NCBI RefSeq assembly: GCF_009914755.1
Contig: NC_060932.1
Strand: one strand, 5' to 3'
Source: the human T2T-CHM13v2.0 reference genome, Homo sapiens
Length of the DNA: 64,000 bases
Shown here: one piece after another, positions 27,733 to 42,950 of the stretch
Layout: every line of letters starts with the position of its first letter
Numbering within the stretch: the stretch's first letter is position 1
Program-made: the position numbers and the translations under genes
Notes under the pieces: model-generated
Told to the model about the DNA's origin: nothing
The model's input: only the letters and a program-made list of their open reading frames with translations
The model's database searches: none

Positions 27733-29022
27733 GAACACCTGGGGCGGCCCTGTGAAGCAAGGTAATGGAAAAACACCACGGACTGTGACAAAAGTAAATG
27801 AGAAGCACACAGAAAGAGAGGTGGAAAATAACAGCCGGGAACCAATATAGAAGACACATACTGGCACGGAGCTGGGGCTTAGCAGGTGACTGAGGTCAGC
27901 ATTTCTTATCACAGCCTTCTTTGTGCACTAGTTTGAGCCCTGCATGGCCTGAATGTTTGGCGAGTGCTGTATGGGTTCAGTTCTCTCTGGCTATGGCTCC
28001 TCTTCCTTTGGCTGTGCTGTGCTTTGCTGCTTACAGGTTCATTGCTTTCGTCTCCATGAAGATGGGCCTTGCCCTGGGCTTGGAGCCACTTACTGCTGGG
28101 GCCATGCCTTATTGTCTCCACGTTACCAGAATGTAATGCCTTATGATGCTTGATTATTGTTCGCTTGATAGAGAAACAAATGATGGCATTTGATTCTCAC
28201 AGAAATCCTTTGACTCAGTCTCATTTCGTAGGGTGAGGAAACTGAGGCAAATGAGTAAGGCTCTTGAGCCTGGTTAGTGAGCAGGGAGTCTGGGTCATCT
28301 GACACAGCCTCCCCTACTCTTTCCATAGCTGTTCACACAGATAATAAATGTCCATAAGGTGTGATGCACACATTCATTCATTCATTCCTTCATTTATCTA
28401 ATGAAGTTATTGGTCCTTGGTACATACCAAACATCTGCTGAAATTCTTGACCCATGTTGTCTGAACCATTCAGTTTAGCACTGGAGGCAGCTGCCTTGTG
28501 CTATTCACTCCTTCAGGAAATGTGCATTGTGTATTTGCTCTGGTCTAGGCAGAGATTAGTTGTTGGGGATCTGTGGAGAATCTAGACCTGGTCCTGCCCT
28601 CAAGAAGTTCCAGTTCAATGCTTGAGACAGACTGGCTGGTAGTTATTTTATCTGACAGTCACTAAAATTTACACAAGGTAGAGTGTGGTGATTGCTTGTT
28701 GATTGCCTTTTGGATGTGCATCATGTGTCTTCAAGTGGATGGCAAGTCCTTTGCTGGCGAGGAATGCATCTTCTGCCCTTTTCATGTGCTCTACTAATGG
28801 CCATTTAGGGCTTAGAACATCATAACTTGGTCAGGCCCCACTGATATCCCTGCTAAGAACTCACCTGGGAGCAGAAGGAAAGTGAATGGGCTCAGGGCAC
28901 GGTGTGACCCATGGTGAGGAATGAAACTGACCGGATGCTCAAATAGGTCCAAAGGGTTTTGGGGACCTCAGCTTGACCTCAGCTGAGTTTGACATCTGAA
29001 AGTTCCCAGGATGTCTGGAGGT

Positions 29023-29500
29023 TGTATTGGTTAACATATTGGTTTATTATTAATGCATAACAAACTTTTCCCCAACTCAACTTCTTAAGGCATTAATTGC
29101 TGTTAATGGGTTGAGAAGTCAGCCTGCTTTTCTTCTGCTCTCTGCTGGGCTCAAGCATCTATCTGCAATCAGCTGTGGTTCACGTCGGCAGCTCTGCTAA
29201 TCTTGTGTGGGCTGGCTTGCAGGGATCAGCTGGCTGTGGGCTGGGCTAGGATGGCCTTGGCTTGAATAGGGGTCTCCTTCCCACATGATCTCTCTCCTCC
29301 CACCAGGCTGGCCTTTTGAGATCTGGCTCAGAATTGTCAAAAGGTCACTTTTGCTGCCTTCCATTGGCAAAATAAGTCATAAGGTCAGCCCAGAGTTGAG
29401 AGATGGGAAATAGATTCCACTTCTTGATAGGAGGAGCTAAAAGTTTAATTGTAAAGGGTGTAGATACAGGGAAAGATGGAGGATTAGGGTGATCACAGGG
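29023..29500 (-). mobile_element. MLT1H/I/J-type LTR
   Basis: TGTATTGGTTA...CATAACAAAC...AAGTCATAAGGTCAGCCCAGAG...AAATAGATTCCACTTCTTGAT. Confidence 0.6.
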
Positions 29501-31938
29501 ACAGAGGGAGATGAGTCTTCTGGCAGATTCTATTTCTGAGAAACTCCCTTAACTGCAGGTTATGGCCCTAATTAAAGACTGGGAGCATAAGCCTTAGGAT
29601 CTGACCCCTGTGAGAAGAGGCCAGTCAGAGCCTCACAATTGTTCCAGCCTTATGCAAGTATGCTGGGCTGCAGAACATGGCTCTAATGTTAGTTCGAGTT
29701 CAAGTAGGGCAGGAAGCCAACACAATAATCCAGTTCATCCCCTGGTCAGATATGGCGGGATTTGCAGTGGCTGCAGCCATTCAGGGGCCCAGACCTACAT
29801 CCTGCATGGTGGGCTGAGGCAGATGGAAACTCCCTCCCAGTGGTGATGATAAGGTGCTTGAAGTAACTCCTTCTCTGCTTAGATGGATTCAGGCAGTGGT
29901 TAGGGCTGAAATTACACCTAAACTACTTCTGTACTTAGTGCTGAGCAGACCTAGGAAATGGAGGATCCCATGGGGGTTAAGGTGTCTGTCAAGTGGAAAT
30001 AGACAGGTGAATCCCAGCTCCTTCATATGCTAGCTGTTGACCTTGGATAGGTGCCTTCATCTCTCTACACTTCACGATAGTGAGACTTAAACGAAACAAC
30101 ACACATAAAAGAAAGTCTTATACAGTGTCTGGCAAAAGTAAGCATCCACAAAATGTGATTTCATTTAAAAATACTTTAGCTTTTCAGTCTTTAATGACTC
30201 TGGCATCAAAATGTTGTAATAAAAAGAGCTGTAGCTTTAGAGAAAGGTAAACCAACATGAAAGACTAACTCTACTACCTGACTCTGATTTGTGTAAATGA
30301 GGTTAGCATTTACTTTTAGACTTTGGGAGAATAACTGTGTTCCCATTCTACCTTAATCTTGCTTAACGCACACGGTCTGTGTGGGATTGAATTTACTGAG
30401 CCCCCAGCTGGTCCTAGGGGCTTGTTTAACCTTTTCTTTGGCCACAATGATTAGTGCAGAGTTGTGCATGTGCCCCATACTGGGCCAATCAGATTTCTTC
30501 CCAAGATTTTGGCAGTGCAATCAAGAAAAAGACCTTCTCTTTCTGTGGTCTCATGGGCTGTAATATCCATGTAGATGAAGAAATGCTGGGGCCAATCTTG
30601 ACACTCTGGGGATGGAGAATTCTCTGGGGTCTGAGAACAAAGCCAAGCAGAGGCGATGCAAGGCTGAGAGATTAAGAATGATTGAGTCTTGATGCAAGGG
30701 TTGAACCCCAGGATCTAGCTTTTCATGAGGTCAACACCACCCTTAGACTTCCTAGTTATGTAGACTATTTTTATTTTTTTTGGTTTAAGTTTGCATTGTT
30801 TTTCTATTTGATTCAACTAAATGATCCTAAATAATATGTCATGTAACTTCTTTGAGTGTCAGTGTTCTCATTCTTAAAATATGAAAAAATGACACCTATT
30901 TTTTAAGGTTGTTTGTGGATTAAGTGCCTGTTTTCCGGGGCTAGCAGAGTGCCCAGGACTGGAAAGGCTGGCACGGCCAGATCAGCAAGGCTCTGGATGC
31001 CATGTGAATTGGTTTGGACTCTTTCGTCACCAGCGGAATGCTATGAAAGTCTTCTTCTCTTGTTGGTAGTTGTAAATCCTCCAGTTTCTGAGACCCAGTG
31101 GTGGCTGAGAAAGGTCAAAAGGTTTGCCTATGTCAGGTGGAAGAAATAAAGCAGGGGAATGAGCTTTAAGGAGAGGAAATTGAATGAACAGCCCCTTTAG
31201 GCTACCAAGATGGCCATAATTCCTTGCTCTTTTTCTACATGCTTCTTGTTTATTAAACATTCATATTGACTTGAGTTTCTCGGGACTCTCTGTAACAGAT
31301 GGCACTAAATTATGGTAACTGAATAGCCTGCCTTCATTTGCTGAGTGGCCATTTGAGGGTTGATTGTACTTAAATTCTCTACTCAGCCTTGCTGTCTGCA
31401 AAGCCCACTGCCAAACACACAGCCACAATTTGTCCAGATATGCATTTGTGTTGGGAGGTAGAAGAGTTTAGCAGATTCTTGTTTTTTGTGTGTGTATTTC
31501 CAATGCTTAACTTTCATTTGACTTTATTTGAAGAATTATTTTAGGAGCATCTACTACGTACCAGGCATGGTGCTCAGCACTGGAAAAAGAAAGATTAATA
31601 ACTATGGATGGCTCAGACCTTCTAAGACATTTAAAATATAGTCAAGTAGGAGAGATAGTGGCTAGAAACTTTTCATAAAAGTTCATATTAAGAATAGTTA
31701 CCATTTGTTGAGCATTTACTGTGGGGCAGACACTCTGCTAGGCACTGAATGTGAGTTATCTCATAAAATTCTCACTGTCACCTTGGAAAATTCATATTCC
31801 CCTTGCATATATGGGAAAATTCAGGCTCAAAAGAGTTGAATGCTGCAGAGACTCCAAGTTTCTTTCAATACGTATTTTTCCTTCTTCTTTAATGATAGAA
31901 GATCTATCGATTGCTGGGTGTGACAATGTGCCCAATTA

Positions 31939-32055
<117 letters not shown>

Positions 32056-33847
32056 TCATGGTTGAGATTTCTAAGGGGAGAGGGCTCTATGAAAGGTGAA
32101 AGGAGATAACTTGCCTCAGAGAAGCATCTTTTTTTTTTTTTTTTTTTCTCATGTTCTCTACTTCCTCCTTCTTGCCTGGGACAATGATGTGATAGCTGGA
32201 GCATTCCAGACATCTTAGAACAGGAGGTGAGCTTGAGAATGGAAATCACAGGCAAAGAGTGATGGAGGAGAATGATAGAAAAATCTGAGCCCTTTATTAC
32301 CATGGAGCCACCAGCAGAGCCCTGGGTTGTGTACCCCAGACTTGTTTTAATGAGAGAAAATTACCACATCTCATTTACTGCACCATTTAGGTTTTTTGTT
32401 CTACACAGCCAAGTCACAGTTAGTCAAGTCACACAGCTAGTAAGTAGTAGAGCTGGGATTTGAAATGAGGACTTTCTTAGTTTAAAGCTCATTTAATTCA
32501 CCACTATGCTGTTTATTCACCTGGAGAACATCCGTGTGTGTTCCTTTGCATGCCCTCCACTGTGCTAGGTACTAAAGACACTAAGATGAATAAAACCGTA
32601 TGACAATTTAGTTCTAACATACACTAGAGGCATACAAGAGAGAATAACTACTTACCTCGGTGGCAAAAGTAATTGTACAGTGGGCAACATCAGCAGAAAT
32701 TTTTAATATTTGGATTTACTAATAAAATGGAGAAAGGGATATTACATTCAAAACAACTAGATGACTCAGGGTTATATTGAGGATTGAGAGAAGGCAGAAC
32801 TTTCTAACAATTATGGCTGTCTTTTGACAGTTGTTTTTTAAATCGCTTTGTAAGGGTATTGGCCTTTGCCATGTAACAAACCATCCCATAATATAAGGAT
32901 GTAAATAAACATTTTATTTGCTTATAATTCTTTAGGTCAGCAACAGGGGTTGGGTTTAGCTGAGCAGTTCTGATCTTGCCAGAATCTCCAAGGTCTTGAA
33001 TGATGGGATAAGAAGCTTGGCATCATTCTAGTGATGTGGTGTTCCCTGGTGATCCTTGCATTAGAAACATAGTTTATCATTTATATTTTCTTGTTAATTA
33101 GCTCCAAAAAGTCAGTTTGCCTTTTTTCTGTTTTCCCATTGATCTATACCTAGTATTTGTTATAACATACATAGGCCAGTGATTGTAAGTTACTGGGGAA
33201 GGAGGGAGATTCTGAATGGTGGAGTGATGGAAGAGGCATTTTGTAATATTAAATTTTAAATAATGGCTCAACATTTTTACCCAAAATGCATGTCTTCACT
33301 GATGGTCTCCTCAAGTATTGAATTAAACTGTTGTTTTTATGTATAAAATATTATTATCATTGCTCCTAAATTTGCTGAGATGTTATGAAATGATTCATGA
33401 ACTTGAAGAATCTTACAACACAGAGGGCACAGAAGTGATTGATATGACCCCAGAAATGGTTAGGGGAGCTGCCATGGTACACGAAGTGTCTCTATCCAGG
33501 TCAACTTCCAACTGTTCCATGGGAGACAACCGTTTTCCTTCTCCACCCATGCAACCCTTAGGTTTCTAGTCACTAACATGAACAAGATCCTCTGGGGTAT
33601 TGCTGAAGGAATGAGGGATGCCAAAAGCGGGAGGAGAGGGCCTGGGAGCACATGGGCACAAACAGTTCTGTTAGAGGAAGCCACAATTAAAGAGGGACGA
33701 GGCTTCGGGTGTGTGATCTTCGGGATAGAAGTGGGCAACTGAGTAGGCATTTGGTTCAAGAGAAGACCAGAAATTTGGGCCGTGCTTCTGGGCTTCTTAC
33801 TTTCAGAGCCAATGGTGAGTATGTGTGAGTGGGTGCATGGTGTGAGG

Positions 33848-34170
33848 CAGGGGTCCCCAGTCCCACTCTCCAACCCCTAGGCTGTGAACCCATACCTGTC
33901 TGTGGCCTGTTAAGAACCAGGCTACAGAGGAGGAGCACTGTCACGATCACCACCTCCTGTCAGATGAGCTCCTAGATTCTCATAGGAGCGTGAGCCCTAT
34001 TGTGAACTGTGCACTTGGGGGATCTAGGTTGAACACTGTTTATGACAATCTAATGCCTGATGATCTGAGGTGGAACAGTTTCACCCCAAAAAACACACCC
34101 TTCCACCATCTGTGGAAAAATTGTCTCCCAGGAAACTGGTCCCTGGTGCCAAAAAGGTTGGGAACTGCTG
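33848..34170. mobile_element. MER1B (Charlie3-derived hAT MITE)
   Basis: TIRs CAGGGGTCCCC / GGTTGGGAACTGCTG; 8-bp TSD GTGTGAGG/GTGTGGGG. Confidence 0.9.
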
Positions 34171-35150
34171 GTGTGGGGGAAGCAGGGTTGTGGAAATTCC
34201 AGATAGAGGAAACAGCAGACTTAAAGTGAAGCACTAAAGAAGCCCAATGTCACTGGGGAGGAGAGTGAAAAGTGAAGGGCCCCAGCTCTCCAATCTCTGT
34301 AAGACCCAGGAGTCATGCTGAGGTCCAGTACTTCCTCCCTCTTTGGAAGGCTCTATCTTATAGACTGTGTTGTTCTCTTGGCACTGCTAGACTTGATAAT
34401 CTGTCAGCATTTTACATGTTACATTCTTACAGGTTTGTTGAGACAGTGGGCATGAATAGATAAGTATCACTGTTAATCTAATTTTCCAGTGAAGATAGTG
34501 GAACTTGAAAGTGTTGGAGTCTTGGTAAAGGTGGCTCAGTAGGTAAGGGGAGGAACTAGAACCTGAACTGAGGTCCCTGGGGTTTTTCCTATGGGCCTGT
34601 GTGGCTCATTAGGTGCATGTGTATGCACTTACATAAGCCCAGATCTGGTTAGATCTTGCAATCTCCATCTTGCAATCTCTGGTTCTACAAATATGTATTA
34701 AATGCCTAATGTATATCCCAAAGTGCTCTAGGCATTGGGGATACAATCCTGAGAAAGAATATGTCTCTGTTCTCATGGAGCTACCCTTCTAGTCACAGAG
34801 GAAAAATAATGGGCAAGCCATCAAACAAACAGAACATTGATTTAAGCAGTGCTAAGTGCAAGGAACAAACAGAAAGCAGAATGAGGGGGTGACGAGTATT
34901 GCGTGGGATTTCAGGACGGTAGTCAAGGAGGGCATCTTTGGGAAGGGGGCATGAGAGCAGAGTCTTCCTGCCTCTCTCTTCATCACCCTGCCTGGTGGCA
35001 AGCCCAGCGTGTGCAGAGGCTGAAGATTCTACAACTATGGGGGCTGTCTTCGAGAAAAATCATACAGAACTGTAAAGAGAAAATTCAATTTAAAATGAGT
35101 ATTTATTTAGGATGAGAAAACAAATAACAAATTATATAAATTGAAAATCT

Positions 35151-35493
<343 letters not shown>

Positions 35494-36334
35494 TCACCAA
35501 ATCTGGGAAAACAGCTTAATTCAAAAAAATTAACTTCTAGGCATACCACTATGACATGTTTTCCCTAAGATTTTAAGTGCATTCTCATCTGTTGCCTTGT
35601 CACATGTCAACAATTTTGTAATAATTTCTAGTGAGAGAATAGAAAGTGGAGTCAGTCTTTTTTCTAGCATGGTGGATTAAAATAGTTTTTACTGATAGAT
35701 AAGAAAGGTTATTTTCAGGATCCCAAGCCATTGTTGGCCGTGTTATGCAAAATTTCATCAACTTGGGGAAAACTCTCAAATTTTTGACGTGTGTGTGCTC
35801 TAAGGGTTAAGTTTTCTGGTGTAATGACTAAATATTAAATCAGCTATGAATTACTGATACTCATTACTTGCTTGTCAATAATGTCCTCTTGTGGAAATGT
35901 ATTTTGAGTTTTACAAGACCTCCACTGATGGCAGTATTTTGTTTCAAATCAGCCAGAAATTTGAATATCTTTCCAATATGTTTACTTAATTCACTCCTTT
36001 ACAGACAATCCGAGAACCTATGCATTATTTCTATGAGGAGGATCACTCTTCCTTTTAATGAATTACCACATTTAGTATGAACTGAATATTAGTTTTGTTA
36101 TAATTTGCTTCTAAATGTCAGGATAATTTCTATTGCTTTTCTTCACTCATATTTTAATTTTGTTTCCATTAGTTTTTAATTGAGTTTCCTCTCATCTCCT
36201 TAATGTATAAATTCAAAGATAATAAAATAATGTAGCCTTCATAAACATCCAATTCAAGAACCTGTAATTTCTTATTTGTTTTACAGAAACATTCTAGAAT
36301 GCCTTCTCGAATTATAATTTAAATGGCATATTGA

Positions 36335-36657
<323 letters not shown>

Positions 36658-37992
36658 TAATTTTTTTTTTTTTTTTTTTCCATTTTGTTTCTTCTCAGGT
36701 TTCTCCTCTGAGTTTTAAAAAATGTACATCAGTGTCATTCAAATATTTTTGGCCTCACGTGTGAGTCTTAAATAGCTTCGTAATGGCCAAGGCATTTTAT
36801 CAGCCCTAAAAGCTTTAAAGGAAGATCCAGCTTGGCATATGTGATGTACAGATAATAACACATCTACAATTCAAACCTGAAAAGAAAACATTTAATGTAG
36901 CAGAATGGCAAAGTCATCAACAACCTCAGCATTGTGGAGGCAGCTTTTTCTCCAACAGTTTTAAGGGAACGAGATGCCCACCACACACACTGCGCCATTT
37001 ACAAATATTTTTAAAGAGCAGGTGGGGCCCTTTGTTCTCTGTAATAGCAGTGTTTTTGTGTGGCTGACCATGAATGACATTCAAGAACAGGCAACAGTCG
37101 TCCAAATGTTGTTTCACTTTGTTGAATAAAGTCATAAATAGTTGTCAGCAAAAAAGTTTAAAATTTCTCATAGGGTTTTCTCAGGAGTAGCACACAGTAT
37201 TTCCCACAGATCAATGTCTGTGACATCCAATGCAGAATCTATAATAATGGAGGAGTATTTAGTGTCCGGTTCATTTGAGGTACCACTTAATGGAACACAG
37301 TTTACAACCAAAACAGCACCAGGCCCTTAGTCTTCAGAGAGGCCAGCCACCATCTCAGCAGTTTGGCCATCATTATTATTTTTTAATATCTGTTTCAGAA
37401 GTATCTTTAGTCCTTCTTATGTTCTGTTTGATTCTTTGTAAACATTACTGTGATCACGATATTGGAAAAAGCAGTGGTTTTTAGTGGAACAGATATAAAT
37501 GAAACTACTGTTCATTGTAACAGGCCATCACAAAAGATCACAGAAGTTCTTCAAATTGATGAATTCTGCAAAGTGAAGCTGCTCTTGACCCTAGTGCCAG
37601 TTCTGTTGATCGTACAAATTGTGTCTTACTTTGCTCTTGCTTTCATCTCTCTTCCGCTTTTGGTTTCTGTTTGAGAGTGTCCTGATTTTCACAATCTTTA
37701 TTATCCTTTCAGTGGTCATTTTATCTTTATATTTTGACCTATTATGATTTGCTTCCTTCTCTTTACTATGACTTTAACAATTGGAGTTTTTATTTCTGTG
37801 GTTATATGAGTTTTTAACATCTTGAAGATTCTTCCAGTCTTCGTTCATTTATGTATTTTTTAGCTTCTCCTAAGATACTTCCTTCACATCAAATTTAAAT
37901 TTCGATATGATCAATAATTCTGAAAACTTATACAATTAATCTCAAAGTAAGGCATACAAGAGCAATTCAAATGCTTTTAAACATTGCCCCTA

Positions 37993-38474
37993 CAGTAGAC
38001 CCCACTTTATCCATGTTTTGCTTTCTGTGGTTTCAGTTACCCGAGGTCAACCACAGTCTGAAAATATTAAATGGAAAATTCCATAAATAAATAATTCATA
38101 AGTTTTAAATTACTTGCTGTTCTGAATATCATCATAAAATCTCACACTGTCCAGCTCTGTCCCACTTGGGACATTAATCACCCCTTTGTCCAGCATATCC
38201 ATGGTGTAGACGCTACCTGCCCGTTAGTCACTTAGCAGCAGTCTTGGCTATCAGATTGACTGCTGCCGTCTCACAGTGCTTGGGATCATGTAATCCTTAT
38301 TTTACTTTTATTGCAGTATATTGTTATAATTGTTCTGTTTTATTATTAGTCATTGTTGTTCATCTCTTCATGTGCTTAATTTATGAATTAAACTTTATCA
38401 TAGGTTTGTATGTATAGGCAAAAGTGTAGTATATGTAGGGTTTTGTTTCAGGCATCCGCAAGGTGGGGACTGCT
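37993..38474. mobile_element. MER44 (Tigger7-derived) within Zaphod
   Basis: TA-CAGTAGACCCC start; GGTTTCAGTTACCCGAGGTCAACC...AAAATATTAAATGGAAAATTCCA. Confidence 0.85.
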
Positions 38475-39018
38475 ACACTTTGTATTGTGCTACTTAATTG
38501 TGTAATCCAGTTATTCTTACTCCACATGTATTGACTTCCTGATAAATGTGTAGGAATTTGTCACTTGTTTCTTCAGGCTGTTTTGCTGTATTGCTGACAA
38601 TTTTGTATTCTCTTTCATCTGGAACCAGGAGACTTCCTCAGGACAAAATGCATTGGATATGCTAGATGTAAACCAATAGGTTGGGATGTAGAGAACGTGT
38701 AACTTCTCACATAGACATACTGGCTATCTTCTGCTCTGCTGCAAATTTGTACTCATGGGATCTGATAAATTCTATTTTGTGCAATTTCCATCATTAAAGA
38801 AAAACATGAAAAGTGCATTTATAATTGTACTTGCTGAGTTTTGAGCATGTTACTGACAAAAGAGAACTTCTGTTTTGACTGGAAATCGATGAGAACCAAA
38901 CATAATTGTACACAGTTGATGACTGGAAGAATTTTCCATGCACTGGCTTCTGGTTACGCACATTTCAGATCTCATTCCTCTTCTACTAGCCACATATGGC
39001 TAGTTCGGAGGACTAAAG

Positions 39019-39327
39019 CAGGGGTCCCCGACCCCGGCTAGGAACTGGGTCACACAGCAGGAGGTGAGTGGTGGGAAAGCCAGCATTACTGCCTGAGCTC
39101 TGCCTCCTGTCACATTGGTGGTGATGTTAGATTCTCATGGGACCACAAACCCTATTGTGAATTGTGCGTGCAAGGGACCTAGGTTGCATGCTCCTTATGA
39201 GAATCTAATGTCTGATGATACGAGGTGGAACAGTTTTATCCCAAAACCATCCCTTCCATCATCCTGTTTTGGAAAAATTGTCTTCCACACAACTGGTCCC
39301 TGGTGCCAGAAAGGTTGAGGACCGCTG
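39019..39327. mobile_element. MER1B within Zaphod
   Basis: CAGGGGTCCCC...GGTTGAGGACCGCTG; TSD GACTAAAG/TACTAAAG. Confidence 0.9.
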
Positions 39328-40559
39328 TACTAAAGGACAGGTTTATATGGTGATGACCCTGCATCTTCACGTCTCCGGGGAAGGCGGGGGTGAGTTGGCA
39401 CACAGGGAGAGTAGAGACTTCTGGAAACTCTTCCTATACCAGGATGGCTAGCAATAATTTAACTCTAAATCGCAATCCCTTGGGACAAGCGATGCCTCTC
39501 TCTTCATGGCAGGAATCAAGGGCAACAGTGCAAGTCACTGGAGCCACTGTCCATGAGTTATGTCATAGCAGCACAAAAGCCTTGCTGAGGTGAGGACCAG
39601 ATAGAGACAGGCGAGCTCCACCCAGACCCACTGGACTTGGATCTCCAGCCCCTGTGTCTCTACCTCCAGGATCCCAGGGCTGTGCTGCTTCTCCAGAAAG
39701 GTGTAAAAATTCAACCTCAGGAGGGAGGTGGTGTGGAGGGTGGGCCCTGCTTCTCTGGGTAACCTGAGCTCTGTGGCCTGGTCATCATCCCTGCCCTCCC
39801 CATAAACACACCAGAATTTACTCAGACTAGGGGTTTATTTGGCTGTTCCCTAAAATCCACAACCAAACAGGGTAGCTCACACCCCAGAGAACAGTAGCTT
39901 ACAAGACACGAAGAGTAACATATCGCAAAGAAACACTAGACAATGGACAATGACACCTTCTGAACCACAAATGCCAGTGGTTGGTGGGGAGTGATAGTAA
40001 AATAAGCAAGATAAAAATACTTCAGAAGACAGGAGAAGCCATTAGTAATGGGAAGTAAGGAGGTAAAAATCATGAATAAAAGCCACATACTAGGAACAAA
40101 GTAGAAATATTAGGTATCAATATCTATTGTGTTCTGGATTTAAGAGAGCAGCTCCTATAGTCTACTGGTCATGATGTCCAAAGAATTGAATTGATAAGGA
40201 ACAAGGAGCAACAGAAAGTGTGCATGAGTGAAGTTCCAGGGCCAGGGGCCTGCAGCATGGTCAGCCCTGGCTTCAACACAGACCTGAGCTCTTCCGTTAA
40301 AACCCAGGACATTTTTCCTCCAGAAAATGGTAACATTCTTAAGCCAATTGAGGCCAAGTCCCCGCAGTACCTCCCACTCAAGGCACTTCTGCAGCTCTTC
40401 CCATTTCCTGGCAGACAGATTGAGCCTAGATTGCTTAGGATAATGAGCTTCATCAAAACACTGGGAAAACTGGTGAGGCTCATCATCCCTTCCATTTGAA
40501 AGTTAAGAATTAAAAATAAGTTAAATTCTTATTTTTAAATTCACACGTGTAGAAAATTA

Positions 40560-41046
40560 TGTGGGGACCTCAAATTGCACCCAACCCATGGGTACGCCAC
40601 TTTCCAATGTGAATTTCGACCCTCCTCCCAGCCAGAGGTGAAGTCAATATCTCCACGCCCTTGAATCTGGACTGACCTTGTAACTTGCTTTGACCAACAG
40701 AGTGCAGTCGAAGGGATGTGGAGCAAGTTCCAGAGCATCCACCCATGAGGTCTTGCAATATCCATCTTGCCCTTCTGGGGTTCTTCTTTGAGACTGCCAA
40801 GCGGCAAGGAAGTTAGAATGAAAGACCAAATGGGGAGAGACCCAGTGATTGCAGCTGCCCCCGCTGAGCCTTCCTGCCTCACTTGTACAGCCTCAGCCAA
40901 TCCACAGCTGGCTGCAGCCACAAGCATGAGCCAGTGAGACCACAGGAACCACACTATCAATAGATTAGTCACCATAACACATAACTCATCATTGCTTCAA
41001 GCCACTGTTTCAGGCTGGCTTGTTACACAGGAATTATCAGAACCAC
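40560..41046 (+). mobile_element. MLT1F/G-type LTR
   Basis: CCCTTGAATCTGGACTGACCTTGTAACTTGCTTTGACCAA...AAGCCACTG...GCTTGTTACACAG. Confidence 0.7.
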
Positions 41047-41769
41047 ATCCATTATTGCTTCCTAATCACATCTAAATGTGGTGGGCTATAGGTTATTGAC
41101 CCTTTTGTTCAGATGAGAAATGAAATCTCAGGTTGTTTATGTAGTGTGGTGCAGTCACACAGGTGGGAAGCGGTGGGCTGGGCAGGATCGCTGCGTGGGA
41201 GGGAGGGATGCAGACCAGCCGCTGGCCTGGGGGAGTTGGAGAGGGGTGGGGTGTGAGAGGATGCTGCCAGGTGATTGGCAGCTCTAGGCTTTGTCTTGCC
41301 CTTCCTTTCTTAATATCCGAGACATTTTCTTGGCATAGAAACCTTGAAATGAGACAAATGAGGATTGGATTTCTGTCTCCACCCCTTCATTCCTGGCTGG
41401 GGAACCCTGATCAAATGACATAATTTCTCTGACATCAGTCGCTTCCTCCATAAAACAGCGGCCATAATATTTTTCTACTGAGGTTTCCCAAGATTTTATA
41501 GGATGACATTTTTTTGTGTGACTACACACCATGCCTCACGCATTGGTGCCCAATAAATGTTTATTTACTCTCTTTTTCCACCAGCTTCATTATACCTCTA
41601 TTTTCATTGCCTCTTCCAGAAAGTGGGAAAACAGTGCCTAAGCTCATAGTTATTTTTTTTTGTCAAGATGAAATAAAATAATAATTATGACAGGTATGTT
41701 ATAATTTGTAGAATGATATTAGTATAAATCTTTGAGACCCAGGAACAAGGTAAGGTGGCATTAGAGTAC

Positions 41770-42010
41770 TGTGATGAATGATATGGGGATTTGGTGTCAG
41801 ACAAGCCTAGCTTCTAATCCAGAGGTCCAGTCTTACTGGCTATATAACATTGGGCCAGTTAACTAACCGCTCTGTGTTTCAATTTCCTCATATTAAACTT
41901 GCACGTAGTAATAAGAACTACCTCAAATATTTGTCATTTAAAGATTAACCAAGATGAAAAACCTAAGTATTTAGCTTGGCATATAGTAAATACTGATAAT
42001 GCTGTTATAG
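41770..42010 (+). mobile_element. MIR SINE
   Basis: TTTGGTGTCAGACAAGCCT...TTGGGCCAGTTAACTAACCGCTCTGTGTTTCAATTTCCTCAT. Confidence 0.7.
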
Positions 42011-42259
42011 TGAAAATAACTAGTCCACTTTCTTCCATCTCATTCTTCCAGCCTCATCCCATAATGAGGATGGTAGCCTTACCCAAGAATTGAACTCCTG
42101 ATTTTAAAGAAAGAAAAAGACAATGATATAAAAATTTCTATTGGTACCTTCAACAGCATAGGGCAGATAACTGGAATAGGTGGCTCTTTGCTTAGCACAG
42201 TGTTACGGATCTCCCTCTGGTCATAATAATTCAAAGCTTTCTTGTGCGAAAAATACATT

Positions 42260-42950
42260 CACTCTTTTCCCACAGTCTCATCCCATTATAGTGGCTTGAT
42301 GTCCAGGGTTTTGTCATCTCATCAGGTCCAAGTGCAGATGAAGCTCCTCAGGTTGCATTCCTTGATCACCTCTTTTTGGATACTGCTCCTTTCCATCTGA
42401 AGACCTATGAACTAGAGATAGGTTATCTACCCTATCTTGCAGCACACACACATATCAACAATTGATAGCTGAGAAGGTATGAGAAGGTATAGGATAATTG
42501 CCATAGATAATCTTATTCAAAAAAGGGGAAACCTAGAGGTACACAGGCATCACTGGACCACAGCAATTCTGAAACCCACGGTGGTGCATATTGCCTGTTT
42601 CTGGGGTGGCACTCAGCCCCACTCCTTGGGAGTTGTTCTTCATTCATCATGGCTTGATACTGGGCTTCTCAAACTTTAGAACTGTGAGCCAGTAAATTTC
42701 TGCTTATTTTGTTTTTTATTTTTTTTTATTATACTTAAATTCTGGGGGCATGTGCAGAATGTGCAGGTTTGTTACATAGGTATACACGTGCCATGGTGGT
42801 TCGCTGCACCCATTAACCTGTCATATACATTAGGTATTTATTCTAATGCTATCCCTCCTCTAGCACCGCCCCCACCCCCCACATTTCTGTTTATTATAGA
42901 TTACCCAATCTGTGGTATTCTGTTACAGCAGCCTAAGATGGCCTAAGACA
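42260..42950. mobile_element. MaLR internal fragment plus MLT LTR 3' end, split by a short L1PA
   Basis: CAGGTCCAAGTGCAGATGAAGCTCCT (MLT-int-like); AGAACTGTGAGCCAGTAAATTTCTG...TGTTACAGCAGCC...CTAAGACA. Confidence 0.6.
42709..42882 (-). mobile_element. 174-bp L1PA (PA7-like) 3' end
   Basis: TTATTATACTTAAATTCTGGG...GTGCCATGGTGGTTCGCTGCACCC; TSD ATTTCTGCTTATT/ATTTCTGTTTATT. Confidence 0.9.

Noticed and set aside
40508-40543. AT-rich inverted repeat GAATTAAAAATAAG...CTTATTTTTAAATTC
   Set aside because: A short, low-complexity hairpin with no further support.
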